Positions 51,972 through 64,000 are shown, counted from the stretch's first letter. The stretch is DNA of 64,000 nucleotides from Eledone cirrhosa (GCA_964016885.1 OZ024748.1:36084001-36148000), one strand, 5' to 3'. Notes: generated from the letters alone by a model not told the origin. Program-made: numbers and translations.

Positions 51972-54413
51972 TTAATTAGGTTTATAATATTTAAATGTTT
52001 TTTTTAGTTTATGATTACACGATATAATTAATTCCTGTCTTTTATTTAATAAGATATCCCTAGACCTCATTATTTCAAATAGTTCTTGGGAACATAATCT
52101 ACATTCCTTTCTATTATTTTGATAAGGGGTGGCTCTTTTGAGCACACTCCAGGTCAAATCATATTTTATATTTTTATTTTTATAACTATTGATTTTTTCT
52201 GCTAGAGATGTTGTATTAGCCAGTGCGGCATTTTTAAAGCTATGTTTGTGGGTATTATACCTTGTCTTAAAATTGTTAGAGGTAGCTCCTATATATGAGC
52301 AAATAGAATCTTTAGTTTTAACATTACATTTATAGACTATGTTGTTAACAAGACAATTCCCTTTTAATGGGCAGTTTGTTTTGTTTCTACAGTTACATCC
52401 TTTCGTTAATTCTGTATTTGAGGAGATATTATTGTTAATTTGATGTACTGGTGGTATACTTATGGTTTTCTTACATTTATATGCATTATATGCACTTATA
52501 TTTTGTTTTATGTTATTTGTTGTAGAGTATGAGAATTTAACTGTAGACCTATTTAAGATTTGATGGTATTTGTGGTTTGGCGGGAAGTTTTTCTCAAGGA
52601 TATAAAAAAATTTTTTAGCAATATTATCCTTAACTTGTAAATTAAAAGGAGCATTATACCAAGTAACTCGTCTATTACGGTTTCTATGTTGTTTATTATT
52701 TTTATTATTTTTATATGTTGTATCATGATTTTTACTAGGAGGATTAATGTTAATGATTTCACCACAACTATTTTTAGTTATATTTGTAGATTTAGGTGTT
52801 TTATCTTTTTTATTAGGAGTTTTATTATTAATATTTATTATAGTTGTATGATGAGTAGTTTTTTGAGGGTTACTATACTTTATATTAGAAGATTTAGTAT
52901 TTTGGGGTATACTGTGGGTGGCATTTAGGTGTGTACTTTTCATTTGGTGTTTGTTGGTAATATTATGCTGTATGCTTTCAGTATTTTTAGTAGAAGGTAT
53001 ATACTCTAATCTATTTTTGTGGCCACTTCTATCTAGAGCTTCATTATAAAAGGTCGCATTTTTATCAAATACATCTTGGTTAGAAGAAAGGTTAGAAATT
53101 CTAAGTGATATATTATATGCAAGGTTTTTAAGGATAGATTTAGGGTGATTAGATTGTGAGTGTATGTAATGTAAGTTTTGGTTAGGTTTATGGTAAGGTT
53201 GGTATATACCCGTAGCTAAATCTAAAGTTATATCTAGGAAATTTACTACTTTACTTGTTTTTTCAAAAGTAATATTAAGATTATAATAGTCTTTAAGGAA
53301 AGTTCTAATATGCTTTTTGTTTTTTTCGATTTCTGAAAGGCTAAGGTTGTTAGAAAGAAGAAGACAGTCATCACGATATAAACCACCTTTGAGGTGGGGA
53401 AAAGAGGCATTTATGTTGAAAAGGAGAAAGAGGCCCACAAGATCAGTAATTTGGGCGGAATCGCTTGAACCCATAGTAATATCAAAAAGATTACTGTATG
53501 TGTTTCTGGTCCAGTACTCATTCTGAAATTCAATAAGTGTTTGTCTAGCATGTGTAATAATGTTAATGTCATCCGAAGTTAAATTAGATCTATTTTTAGC
53601 AAATATTAATGCTTTGTTCAGGAGTATGGGTGATATAGAAGAATAGTAATTATCTATATCAAATTGTAGGAAAGAAGCAGAAGATTTACACCTAATATTT
53701 TTAAACCAATTAATTACCTGGGAGGTGTTTTCCCAGAGTGGTAAAATAACGTATTTTCTTAATTGTGGGATGACTCTATCTAAAATTTTTTTGCTAATTA
53801 TTCCAATATCTGATTTGGAGGGACATATAAGTCTAATAGAAGGATTAGAGTTAAAGTTAGATTTGTGATCTTTCAGATTGAAGTGTGGTCTTTTCAATGC
53901 CAAAGGTTCAGTTCTATCTTCAATATTTAGTTTTTTTACTATGTTGTGTGTTTTGTTGTTGATGTTGGTGAGTGACACATTATTAGATTTTTTATAATTT
54001 TTTCTGAGTTCTTTATATATGAACTCATTATAATGTTCAATATCCATATGATACAAGTTACCAGTTTTGTCCGAGTGGACATGGATTTTTTTAGACTTTT
54101 TTAGGTCCAATAGGGTAGAATCAAGGTCCTTTTGAAAGACGGATTTATACTTTTTAAATTTGAGGTGTTTAATTAAATTAAAAAGGTCTTTCTCGAAGTC
54201 TTCAAGTAAAAAGTTGTGTGGTGGATTCTTGTAAGTGTTGAAATCATACATATATTTCCGATCTGCTTGTTTAGATTTCCTATCGAAGTGGTAGGCTCTC
54301 CATCTAACCCTTCTGATAAAATTATTAGTTTTCTGAATCATAAGGAGTAAGAAGTCGTCCTTAGAAGGTATTGGTATGTTTTTTAAGGAGGTTCCTAAAT
54401 ATTGTTTTTCCAT
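51972..54413 (-). CDS. Naiad-clade PLE polyprotein (RT + GIY-YIG), 813 aa from the first ATG (MEKQYLGTSLKNIP), intact
   Basis: SDKTGN, LKDHK, QFDIDNYYSSI, MGSSDSAQITDLVG, GLYRDD, FLDITLDL, CNCRNKTNC, IVYKC...YIGAT, CRLC and SCNH. This motif set matches Naiad-type PLEs. Confidence 0.93.
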   Translation of the reverse strand: MEKQYLGTSLKNIPIPSKDDFLLLMIQKTNNFIRRVRWRAYHFDRKSKQADRKYMYDFNTYKNPPHNFLLEDFEKDLFNLIKHLKFKKYKSVFQKDLDSTLLDLKKSKKIHVHSDKTGNLYHMDIEHYNEFIYKELRKNYKKSNNVSLTNINNKTHNIVKKLNIEDRTEPLALKRPHFNLKDHKSNFNSNPSIRLICPSKSDIGIISKKILDRVIPQLRKYVILPLWENTSQVINWFKNIRCKSSASFLQFDIDNYYSSISPILLNKALIFAKNRSNLTSDDINIITHARQTLIEFQNEYWTRNTYSNLFDITMGSSDSAQITDLVGLFLLFNINASFPHLKGGLYRDDCLLLSNNLSLSEIEKNKKHIRTFLKDYYNLNITFEKTSKVVNFLDITLDLATGIYQPYHKPNQNLHYIHSQSNHPKSILKNLAYNISLRISNLSSNQDVFDKNATFYNEALDRSGHKNRLEYIPSTKNTESIQHNITNKHQMKSTHLNATHSIPQNTKSSNIKYSNPQKTTHHTTIININNKTPNKKDKTPKSTNITKNSCGEIININPPSKNHDTTYKNNKNNKQHRNRNRRVTWYNAPFNLQVKDNIAKKFFYILEKNFPPNHKYHQILNRSTVKFSYSTTNNIKQNISAYNAYKCKKTISIPPVHQINNNISSNTELTKGCNCRNKTNCPLKGNCLVNNIVYKCNVKTKDSICSYIGATSNNFKTRYNTHKHSFKNAALANTTSLAEKINSYKNKNIKYDLTWSVLKRATPYQNNRKECRLCSQELFEIMRSRDILLNKRQELIISCNHKLKKTFKYYKPN

Positions 54414-54756
54414 TGTGATATGGATGATGGACAATTGAAAGAGCTCAACTAAATGTATATGGGTTTACAAAATCATACATATATATATGTTTATACATAA
54501 ATATAAAATTAATACACACATACAGTACAAAAATACGAATATTTCCGTGAAAATAGGAGCAAAATTATGTAGATAAATCTACCAAGAGTTTACGGTAGTG
54601 TCCAATCCGTATGAAGAACTCAATGTATTCCGGATATCATGGAAAGAAGAGATGTAATGAAAATCCACTTTCGGTGAAAGATAAACGGTATACAGAGTCA
54701 AGATAAAATATTAAACAAATAATGAACAAACAATTCCTTATATTAAACAAAAAAAG

Positions 54757-54911
54757 TTCACTATTTAACGATCGTTTCTAGGGTATATATGTGTTATAAT
54801 TGGTATGCATATTTAACAGATCTATGTACAAAATTATACAAAATTATACAAATTATCAAGATTAAATATACATACCTAACTCATATATACGCCGTCTTCA
54901 GAAATAATGAA
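54757..54911 (-). ncRNA. Hammerhead ribozyme with very long stem II (Naiad 5' pLTR)
   Basis: Same sequence as 48677-48831, offset by 6080. Confidence 0.75.
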
Positions 54912-55680
54912 GTATATTTATTGATAATAACAACAATTCAAAATATCAGTTCAAAATTGACCAATGAAAACACAAAGGGTTAAAAGCAGTTTGGTGTGTG
55001 TATATACATGTAAAAACCTTACACATATTTTACAATAATGTGTGTATAATTTGTATGTGTATACTAAAAAGATGGATGCAAACACAAAATTTCAAGGTTA
55101 ATATCTCTGTAAGCTTAATGCGCTGATAAGATACGCAATGATACTTATGGAGTCAAGCATATAAATATATTTTTTTCATACTCACACATATCAGTATAAT
55201 CACACATACATGTGCGTATATGCATAAATATACACATAACCACGAACATACAAACACACACACTCCCCCACTCACATTTATATATGTGGATATAAAATCA
55301 TAAGCAAATAGAAATTAAGTCACTCACATAAAACACTGGCACACACATTTTTCAAGATCAAGATACAGAAATTAGGTGGGAGGGGGGGGGAGGGGTCAGT
55401 ATTAGATTGTCAGACCAGACTGCCTAATATAAATGTATCTATAAATTAAGAAAAATAAAAAAATAAAAACAATAAAATATAATAAATATAATATGATGTA
55501 CATACACATACAGATATACATACACATACATACATGTACGCGCACATAGAGATATCTACACATACATACATACACACATACCTATACAGTCATACACACA
55601 CATACATTTACACGAACATACACATACACATATAAAAAGATATAAATACACACACACACACGCGCAACACATACACACAT

Positions 55681-55743
<63 letters not shown>

Positions 55744-56087
55744 TAGACTCATATATATATATATATACACATATATATATATATATCTATAAACATATAT
55801 ATCCACACACTCATACCACCATAAATACACATACAAACACCCACATGTATATATATATATATATATATATATATCCACATACAAACACTTACACATATAT
55901 ATACACACATATATATACACATACACATATATATATACACACACATAAAAAACAGACATGCACATATATATATATATATATATATATTTCATTACTCATA
56001 TATATACACATAGTATATATACATACACAACCTCACTTATACAACTATACACATAAGTTATATTACAATAATAATAAAGAATAATAT

Positions 56088-56120
<33 letters not shown>

Positions 56121-56230
56121 CATATATATATATATATACATACATACATACACATACATACATACACATAAATATATACATACATAAATACACACATACG
56201 AATAAAGACATATATTCACACATAGACACC

Positions 56231-56262
<32 letters not shown>

Positions 56263-56264
56263 TC

Positions 56265-56316
<52 letters not shown>

Positions 56317-56868
56317 CATACACACACACACACACAGACACACACACACACTCACATATATATATATATATATGTGTATGTGAGTGTGCGCAAATACACA
56401 TATATATACACACACACATACAAACACACACAAACACATACATATGCATACGTGCACACACACACACATATATCACATAGATACGAGGATAAACATATAA
56501 ATAGAGAGACATACAAATATATACAGAACCCATATACACATACATACAAACACGCATATACATATACATACATATATACACATATATATATATTCCTATA
56601 TACAAGCATACACATACATACACATATATACATATACATACACATATACATACCACACATTCACATACACATACATATATAATACATATATATACATATA
56701 TATACATACATATGTATGTACAATCATATATACACACTCAATCTTACATTCATATTTACATGCTCATATATGTATTTTTATATTTAGAAATAAATACCAA
56801 AACCTATATAGACACCCACCTACACATATATTCATACATATACGCTTACAAAAACAGATGATAATAGT

Positions 56869-59322
56869 ATGGGGGAAAGGGGGGGTTTGGAATATTTAGG
56901 AACCTCCTTAAAAAACATACCAATACCTTCTAAGGACGACTTCTTACTCCTTATGATTCAGAAAACTAATAATTTTATCAGAAGGGTTAGATGGAGAGCC
57001 TACCACTTCGATAGGAAATCTAAACAAGCAGATCGGAAATATATGTATGATTTCAACACTTACAAGAATCCACCACACAACTTTTTACTTGAAGACTTCG
57101 AGAAAGACCTTTTTAATTTAATTAAACACCTCAAATTTAAAAAGTATAAATCCGTCTTTCAAAAGGACCTTGATTCTACCCTATTGGACCTAAAAAAGTC
57201 TAAAAAAATCCATGTCCACTCGGACAAAACTGGTAACTTGTATCATATGGATATTGAACATTATAATGAGTTCATATATAAAGAACTCAGAAAAAATTAT
57301 AAAAAATCTAATAATGTGTCACTCACCAACATCAACAACAAAACACACAACATAGTAAAAAAACTAAATATTGAAGATAGAACTGAACCTTTGGCATTGA
57401 AAAGACCACACTTCAACCTGAAAGATCACAAATCTAACTTTAACTCTAATCCTTCTATTAGACTTATATGTCCCTCCAAATCAGATATTGGAATAATTAG
57501 CAAAAAAATTTTAGATAGAGTCATCCCACAATTAAGAAAATACGTTATTTTACCACTCTGGGAAAACACCTCCCAGGTAATTAATTGGTTTAAAAATATT
57601 AGGTGTAAATCTTCTGCTTCTTTCCTACAATTTGATATAGATAATTACTATTCTTCTATATCACCCATACTCCTGAACAAAGCATTAATATTTGCTAAAA
57701 ATAGATCTAATTTAACTTCGGATGACATTAACATTATTACACATGCTAGACAAACACTTATTGAATTTCAGAATGAGTACTGGACCAGAAACACATACAG
57801 TAATCTTTTTGATATTACTATGGGTTCAAGCGATTCCGCCCAAATTACTGATCTTGTGGGCCTCTTTCTCCTTTTCAACATAAATGCCTCTTTTCCCCAC
57901 CTCAAAGGTGGTTTATATCGTGATGACTGTCTTCTTCTTTCTAACAACCTTAGCCTTTCAGAAATCGAAAAAAACAAAAAGCATATTAGAACTTTCCTTA
58001 AAGACTATTATAATCTTAATATTACTTTTGAAAAAACAAGTAAAGTAGTAAATTTCCTAGATATAACTTTAGATTTAGCTACGGGTATATACCAACCTTA
58101 CCATAAACCTAACCAAAACTTACATTACATACACTCACAATCTAATCACCCTAAATCTATCCTTAAAAACCTTGCATATAATATATCACTTAGAATTTCT
58201 AACCTTTCTTCTAACCAAGATGTATTTGATAAAAATGCGACCTTTTATAATGAAGCTCTAGATAGAAGTGGCCACAAAAATAGATTAGAGTATATACCTT
58301 CTACTAAAAATACTGAAAGCATACAGCATAATATTACCAACAAACACCAAATGAAAAGTACACACCTAAATGCCACCCACAGTATACCCCAAAATACTAA
58401 ATCTTCTAATATAAAGTATAGTAACCCTCAAAAAACTACTCATCATACAACTATAATAAATATTAATAATAAAACTCCTAATAAAAAAGATAAAACACCT
58501 AAATCTACAAATATAACTAAAAATAGTTGTGGTGAAATCATTAACATTAATCCTCCTAGTAAAAATCATGATACAACATATAAAAATAATAAAAATAATA
58601 AACAACATAGAAACCGTAATAGACGAGTTACTTGGTATAATGCTCCTTTTAATTTACAAGTTAAGGATAATATTGCTAAAAAATTTTTTTATATCCTTGA
58701 GAAAAACTTCCCGCCAAACCACAAATACCATCAAATCTTAAATAGGTCTACAGTTAAATTCTCATACTCTACAACAAATAACATAAAACAAAATATAAGT
58801 GCATATAATGCATATAAATGTAAGAAAACCATAAGTATACCACCAGTACATCAAATTAACAATAATATCTCCTCAAATACAGAATTAACGAAAGGATGTA
58901 ACTGTAGAAACAAAACAAACTGCCCATTAAAAGGGAATTGTCTTGTTAACAACATAGTCTATAAATGTAATGTTAAAACTAAAGATTCTATTTGCTCATA
59001 TATAGGAGCTACCTCTAACAATTTTAAGACAAGGTATAATACCCACAAACATAGCTTTAAAAATGCCGCACTGGCTAATACAACATCTCTAGCAGAAAAA
59101 ATCAATAGTTATAAAAATAAAAATATAAAATATGATTTGACCTGGAGTGTGCTCAAAAGAGCCACCCCTTATCAAAATAATAGAAAGGAATGTAGATTAT
59201 GTTCCCAAGAACTATTTGAAATAATGAGGTCTAGGGATATCTTATTAAATAAAAGACAGGAATTAATTATATCGTGTAATCATAAACTAAAAAAAACATT
59301 TAAATATTATAAACCTAATTAA
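56869..59322 (+). CDS. Second Naiad RT + GIY-YIG ORF, 817 aa, with a chimeric N-terminus
   Basis: Protein identical to the minus copy from YLGTSLKN onward. MGERGGLE is read from antisense UTR across the junction at ~56890. Confidence 0.9.
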   Translation: MGERGGLEYLGTSLKNIPIPSKDDFLLLMIQKTNNFIRRVRWRAYHFDRKSKQADRKYMYDFNTYKNPPHNFLLEDFEKDLFNLIKHLKFKKYKSVFQKDLDSTLLDLKKSKKIHVHSDKTGNLYHMDIEHYNEFIYKELRKNYKKSNNVSLTNINNKTHNIVKKLNIEDRTEPLALKRPHFNLKDHKSNFNSNPSIRLICPSKSDIGIISKKILDRVIPQLRKYVILPLWENTSQVINWFKNIRCKSSASFLQFDIDNYYSSISPILLNKALIFAKNRSNLTSDDINIITHARQTLIEFQNEYWTRNTYSNLFDITMGSSDSAQITDLVGLFLLFNINASFPHLKGGLYRDDCLLLSNNLSLSEIEKNKKHIRTFLKDYYNLNITFEKTSKVVNFLDITLDLATGIYQPYHKPNQNLHYIHSQSNHPKSILKNLAYNISLRISNLSSNQDVFDKNATFYNEALDRSGHKNRLEYIPSTKNTESIQHNITNKHQMKSTHLNATHSIPQNTKSSNIKYSNPQKTTHHTTIININNKTPNKKDKTPKSTNITKNSCGEIININPPSKNHDTTYKNNKNNKQHRNRNRRVTWYNAPFNLQVKDNIAKKFFYILEKNFPPNHKYHQILNRSTVKFSYSTTNNIKQNISAYNAYKCKKTISIPPVHQINNNISSNTELTKGCNCRNKTNCPLKGNCLVNNIVYKCNVKTKDSICSYIGATSNNFKTRYNTHKHSFKNAALANTTSLAEKINSYKNKNIKYDLTWSVLKRATPYQNNRKECRLCSQELFEIMRSRDILLNKRQELIISCNHKLKKTFKYYKPN

Positions 59323-61061
59323 TAACATTATTCTAGAATTTAATTTAATTTAAATGTTTGTTAACCTGTAAATTTAATTTAATTAATATTTTATTACAGA
59401 TGAGAATATATTATGTAATCATAAATTTTGAAAAACCTTTAAATATTACTAATATATACTCAGTAATTTAATTTATAGATTGATTTTAATTTATTTTAAC
59501 CTTTTATTATAATTTTTTTTTTATTATAATTCTTTTACAGATAAAATATAACAAAATAATATCATGTATCCAATGACGGAGAAAGAATTTTTAGTATTAT
59601 AGACCTAATTAATATACATTTTGGAAATATATTTATTATTTGGTTTTAGTTTTAATCAACCTAAAACTTTAATTTTAATTTGCTTAAAATTAGTATCCTT
59701 GTACAGACGAATTGCAGAATGTCATGTAATCATAGAATGGGATGTGTTTTGGATATATACCTAGTTAATATATCTGTGCAATTTTTTGAAAAAGATATGT
59801 ATATCTATATGTATATGTATATGTGTGTGTTGTGTATGTGTATCTGTATGTATGTTTATGTGAGTATATATGTATATATGTGTATATATATGTATATATA
59901 TATATATATGTGTGTATATGTATATATATGTGTATGTGTATGTATATGTATATGTATGCGTATTAATTTTGATTTTTATTTGCATATAATTATATTATGC
60001 TATTGATGAAATACAATATCTGCTTTATGTATTGTATACCTAATTAACATATACTAATTAACGTATACTATTGAAATAAATATATAATTTTTAATTTAGT
60101 TAACATATAATTTATATGCTACTACCGATGTAATACTTTATTTTATTTTTATTTGGGTTTCTTTTCCCTATTACTAAATTCATCTCCTAATATTGATACC
60201 ATAACGTTATTAACTTTAATTTAGTTATAATGTAATTAATAATCTACTACTGTTTGACTTCATAATTCTGCTTCAAATATTATAAACCTAACTAATTTAC
60301 ACCTTGGAAATCAATATGTTGACTATCTTTGGTTTAGTTAACATATGATTAATGGTATACTTTTTTATTTTGGGATGCATAGATTTCGTATTTCCTAGCA
60401 CTGAAAATATGTAAGAACATACATTGAATTAAGATACGGAAAATATTATATGTTTCTTGAAAAATATATTTACTTTGATCCCCTTCTCCAAACCCCCCCT
60501 TTCCCCCATACTATTATCATCTGTTTTTGTAAGCGTATATGTATGAATATATGTGTAGGTGGGTGTCTATATAGGTTTTGGTATTTATTTCTAAATATAA
60601 AAATACATATATGAGCATGTAAATATGAATGTAAGATTGAGTGTGTATATATGATTGTACATACATATGTATGTATATATATGTATATATATGTATTATA
60701 TATGTATGTGTATGTGAATGTGTGGTATGTATATGTGTATGTATATGTATATATGTGTATGTATGTGTATGCTTGTATATAGGAATATATATATATGTGT
60801 ATATATGTATGTATATGTATATGCGTGTTTGTATGTATGTGTATATGGGTTCTGTATATATTTGTATGTCTCTCTATTTATATGTTTATCCTCGTATCTA
60901 TGTGATATATGTGTGTGTGTGTGCACGTATGCATATGTATGTGTTTGTGTGTGTTTGTATGTGTGTGTGTATATATATGTGTATTTGCGCACACTCACAT
61001 ACACATATATATATATATATATGTGAGTGTGTGTGTGTGTCTGTGTGTGTGTGTGTGTATG

Positions 61062-61113
<52 letters not shown>

Positions 61114-61115
61114 GA

Positions 61116-61147
<32 letters not shown>

Positions 61148-61257
61148 GGTGTCTATGTGTGAATATATGTCTTTATTCGTATGTGTGTATTTATGTATGT
61201 ATATATTTATGTGTATGTATGTATGTGTATGTATGTATGTATATATATATATATATG

Positions 61258-61290
<33 letters not shown>

Positions 61291-61634
61291 ATATTATTCT
61301 TTATTATTATTGTAATATAACTTATGTGTATAGTTGTATAAGTGAGGTTGTGTATGTATATATACTATGTGTATATATATGAGTAATGAAATATATATAT
61401 ATATATATATATATGTGCATGTCTGTTTTTTATGTGTGTGTATATATATATGTGTATGTGTATATATATGTGTGTATATATATGTGTAAGTGTTTGTATG
61501 TGGATATATATATATATATATATATATATACATGTGGGTGTTTGTATGTGTATTTATGGTGGTATGAGTGTGTGGATATATATGTTTATAGATATATATA
61601 TATATATGTGTATATATATATATATATGAGTCTA

Positions 61635-61691
<57 letters not shown>

Positions 61692-62455
61692 ATGTGTGTA
61701 TGTGTTGCGCGTGTGTGTGTGTGTATTTATATCTTTTTATATGTGTATGTGTATGTTCGTGTAAATGTATGTGTGTGTATGACTGTATAGGTATGTGTGT
61801 ATGTATGTATGTGTAGATATCTCTATGTGCGCGTACATGTATGTATGTGTATGTATATCTGTATGTGTATGTACATCATATTATATTTATTATATTTTAT
61901 TGTTTTTATTTTTTTATTTTTCTTAATTTATAGATACATTTATATTAGGCAGTCTGGTCTGACAATCTAATACTGACCCCTCCCCCCCCCCTCCCACCTA
62001 ATTTCTGTATCTTGATCTTGAAAAATGTGTGTGCCAGTGTTTTATGTGAGTGACTTAATTTCTATTTGCTTATGATTTTATATCCACATATATAAATGTG
62101 AGTGGGGGAGTGTGTGTGTTTGTATGTTCGTGGTTATGTGTATATTTATGCATATACGCACATGTATGTGTGATTATACTGATATGTGTGAGTATGAAAA
62201 AAATATATTTATGACTCCATAAGTATCATTGCGTATCTTATCAGCGCATTAAGCTTACAGAGATATTAACCTTGAAATTTTGTGTTTGCATCCATCTTTT
62301 TAGTATACACATACAAATTATACACACATTATTGTAAAATATGTGTAAGGTTTTTACATGTATATACACACACCAAACTGCTTTTAACCCTTTGTGTTTT
62401 CATTGGTCAATTTTGAACTGATATTTTGAATTGTTGTTATTATCAATAAATATAC

Positions 62456-62610
62456 TTCATTATTTCTGAAGACGGCGTATATATGAGTTAGGTATGTATA
62501 TTTAATCTTGATAATTTGTATAATTTTGTATAATTTTGTACATAGATCTGTTAAATATGCATACCAATTATAACACATATATACCCTAGAAACGATCGTT
62601 AAATAGTGAA
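62456..62610 (+). ncRNA. Hammerhead ribozyme with very long stem II (Naiad inverted copy)
   Basis: UUCAUUAUUU-CUGAAGA-[116 nt with GUAUAUAUG/CAUAUAUAC and GGUAUGUAUAUUUAA/UUAAAUAUGCAUACC]-GAAA-CGAUCG-UU-AAAUAGUGAA; 10-bp stem I. Confidence 0.78.
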
Positions 62611-62695
62611 CTTTTTTTGTTTAATATAAGGAATTGTTTGTTCATTATTTGTTTAATATTTTATTATATACATATATATATATATAATATACACG

Positions 62696-62750
<55 letters not shown>

Positions 62751-62814
62751 CACGGCTCAGAATAGTCTTTCTTCGAGCTATTTCATTGTAAATGATCGCC
62801 TGAGATTTGAACTC

Positions 62815-62947
62815 TCCCTTTACGATCTGAGTTCAAATCCCGCCAAGGTTGACTTTGCCTTTCATCCTTACGGGTCGATAAAATAAAGTACCAGTAATGC
62901 ACTGGGTAATTGCTGGTCTTGTGCCTAAAGTAGAAACAATTATTATT
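62815..62947 (+). mobile_element. tRNA-derived SINE, 5'-truncated
   Basis: B-box-like GAGTTCAAATCCC followed by GACTTTGCCTTTCATCCTT..GGGTCGATAAAATAAAGTACCAG, a conserved SINE core recalled from octopus. Confidence 0.75.
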
Positions 62948-63086
62948 GATTTTATATATATATATATATATAGGACATACAATAGTTAAAGGCGTTGAAA
63001 TTAAACTTATTGAAGCGATAATAAAGCCACACATTTTTGTTATAATGGAAGACATTCTTTTAGACACTTTGTGAAGATACGTGTTT

Positions 63087-63350
63087 AAGGCGTTAGTGTG
63101 TTCGGCTGACAATCCGAAGGTCGTGTGTTCGATTCTCGGCAGTACGTTGTCTTTATTCCAGGAACCATTAATTTACGTTATAGGCAAGACATTTTTATTT
63201 GAGCTGGCAAAAATGAGTTGTACCACTAATGTGAATCTCCCTGAGAAATAACTGTAACTTTACAAGTATTTGTGGAGGAATGCTCAGACACTTGCAAGTT
63301 AATGTCAAGCAGGTTGTTCTGTTGATGAAAAGAAAACATCGTCGGAATGT
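63087..63350 (+). mobile_element. Degenerate tRNA-derived SINE (second family)
   Basis: tRNA-like head with GTTCGATTCTCGG, then GGCAAGACA and AGCTGGCAAAAATGAGTTGTACC body motifs. Confidence 0.65.
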
Positions 63351-63453
63351 CTAACAACACCAACAACATTACTAACAGGAACTTCTCAATAAATCAAGTT
63401 TTCCTGTGATATATTTTTAAACTTAAGAATTTGTATAACTATTAACTTATTCT

Positions 63454-63952
63454 AACACACACACACACACATATACACCTCCCCCATACACACACATATA
63501 TATCCCCCCCACACACACACACACACACACCGATACAGACACACATACCCCCCACACACACATACCCCCCCCCACACACACACAGATACACACACACATA
63601 CCTCCCCACACACACACTCAGATACACACACACATACCCCCCCACACAGGTATACACACACACAGATACACACACATACCCCCCCACACTCTTATTCATT
63701 GTGTTAAGGCCATGTAGGTATATAAGGTGTGGTTATTACATGCCGCAGTACTTGCAGTAAATAATGCCATTGAACACACACACATTCACACACACACACA
63801 CTCATACACACATACACATACACATGCACACACATTCTCACACTCACACACATACTTATACACACACATACACACACAAACACTCACACGCACACTCATA
63901 CACACGCACACTCACTCACACTCACACTCTGTCTCTCTCACACACACACACG
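63454..63952. repeat. Degenerate (CA)n / CACCCC microsatellite region; many other (TA)n, (GA)n, (CA)n, (AAT)n and (AAC)n tracts occur across 24-64 kb
   Basis: Direct reading. These tracts generate the YIYI/HTHT/SLSL pseudo-ORFs. Confidence 0.95.
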
Positions 63953-64000
63953 TAGATATACATATATATACAGTAAAAAGTACTAACAGGTAAATTGTAT

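Larger units (their letters stand above)
48486..62664. mobile_element. Composite young Naiad-type PLE insertion: full minus copy (48486-54565) + tandem 5' pLTR (54566-56890) + inverted plus copy (56890-62664)
   Basis: 54566-56890 repeats 48486-~50805 (offset ~6080). 56890-62664 is the reverse complement of 48623-54402 with only a few differences. Both ends lie in TA/CA microsatellite. Confidence 0.95.

Noticed and set aside
51972-54434. Selenoprotein-type Naiad (in-frame UGA plus SECIS), known for some members of the clade
   Set aside because: Both ORFs are uninterrupted with no in-frame UGA, and no SECIS was recognised.
54414-54434. Annotated start MSIIHIT
   Set aside because: It begins at TTG. 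The first ATG is at 54413.
63087-63145. tRNA gene
   Set aside because: No complete cloverleaf. It is a SINE head continuing into a SINE body.
46827-63993. Numerous [12 protein letters not shown] short ORFs
   Set aside because: They are microsatellite translations.

Overview
This is AT-rich eukaryotic DNA. The SINE sequences and microsatellite style suggest a mollusc, probably an octopus (inference from recalled repeats, not from a search). Positions 1-23.5 kb are three abutting minisatellite arrays (36/39-bp, 24-bp and ~40-bp units), and all ORFs there are artefacts of the repeats. Positions 23.5-64 kb are a dense nest of retroelements inserted in (TA)n tracts, dominated by Penelope-like elements (PLEs; RT plus GIY-YIG endonuclease). 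These include a chimeric tandem pair (33.5-38.1 kb), a 5'-truncated copy with inverted pLTRs (43.8-46.7 kb) and a very young ~14-kb tandem-plus-inverted Naiad-type insertion with two intact ~815-aa ORFs (48.5-62.7 kb). Also present are an RTE LINE 3' fragment, a non-autonomous Helitron and three SINE pieces. No host gene is confidently identified. Three things stand out on reading both strands. (1) More than a dozen hammerhead ribozyme (HHR) or HHR-like motifs from many families, including a 320-nt tandem retrozyme-like unit with a U3-A8 core. (2) Many short fold-back insertions whose turning points coincide with HHR helices. (3) A covarying bulged hairpin, ACUC-U[stem]A-UN-GAGU, shared by at least four sequence-unrelated element ends. 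It usually lies ~50 nt from the 3' terminus, and the inverted arm stops 4-7 nt before it. All RNA folds were paired by eye and coordinates were counted by hand.
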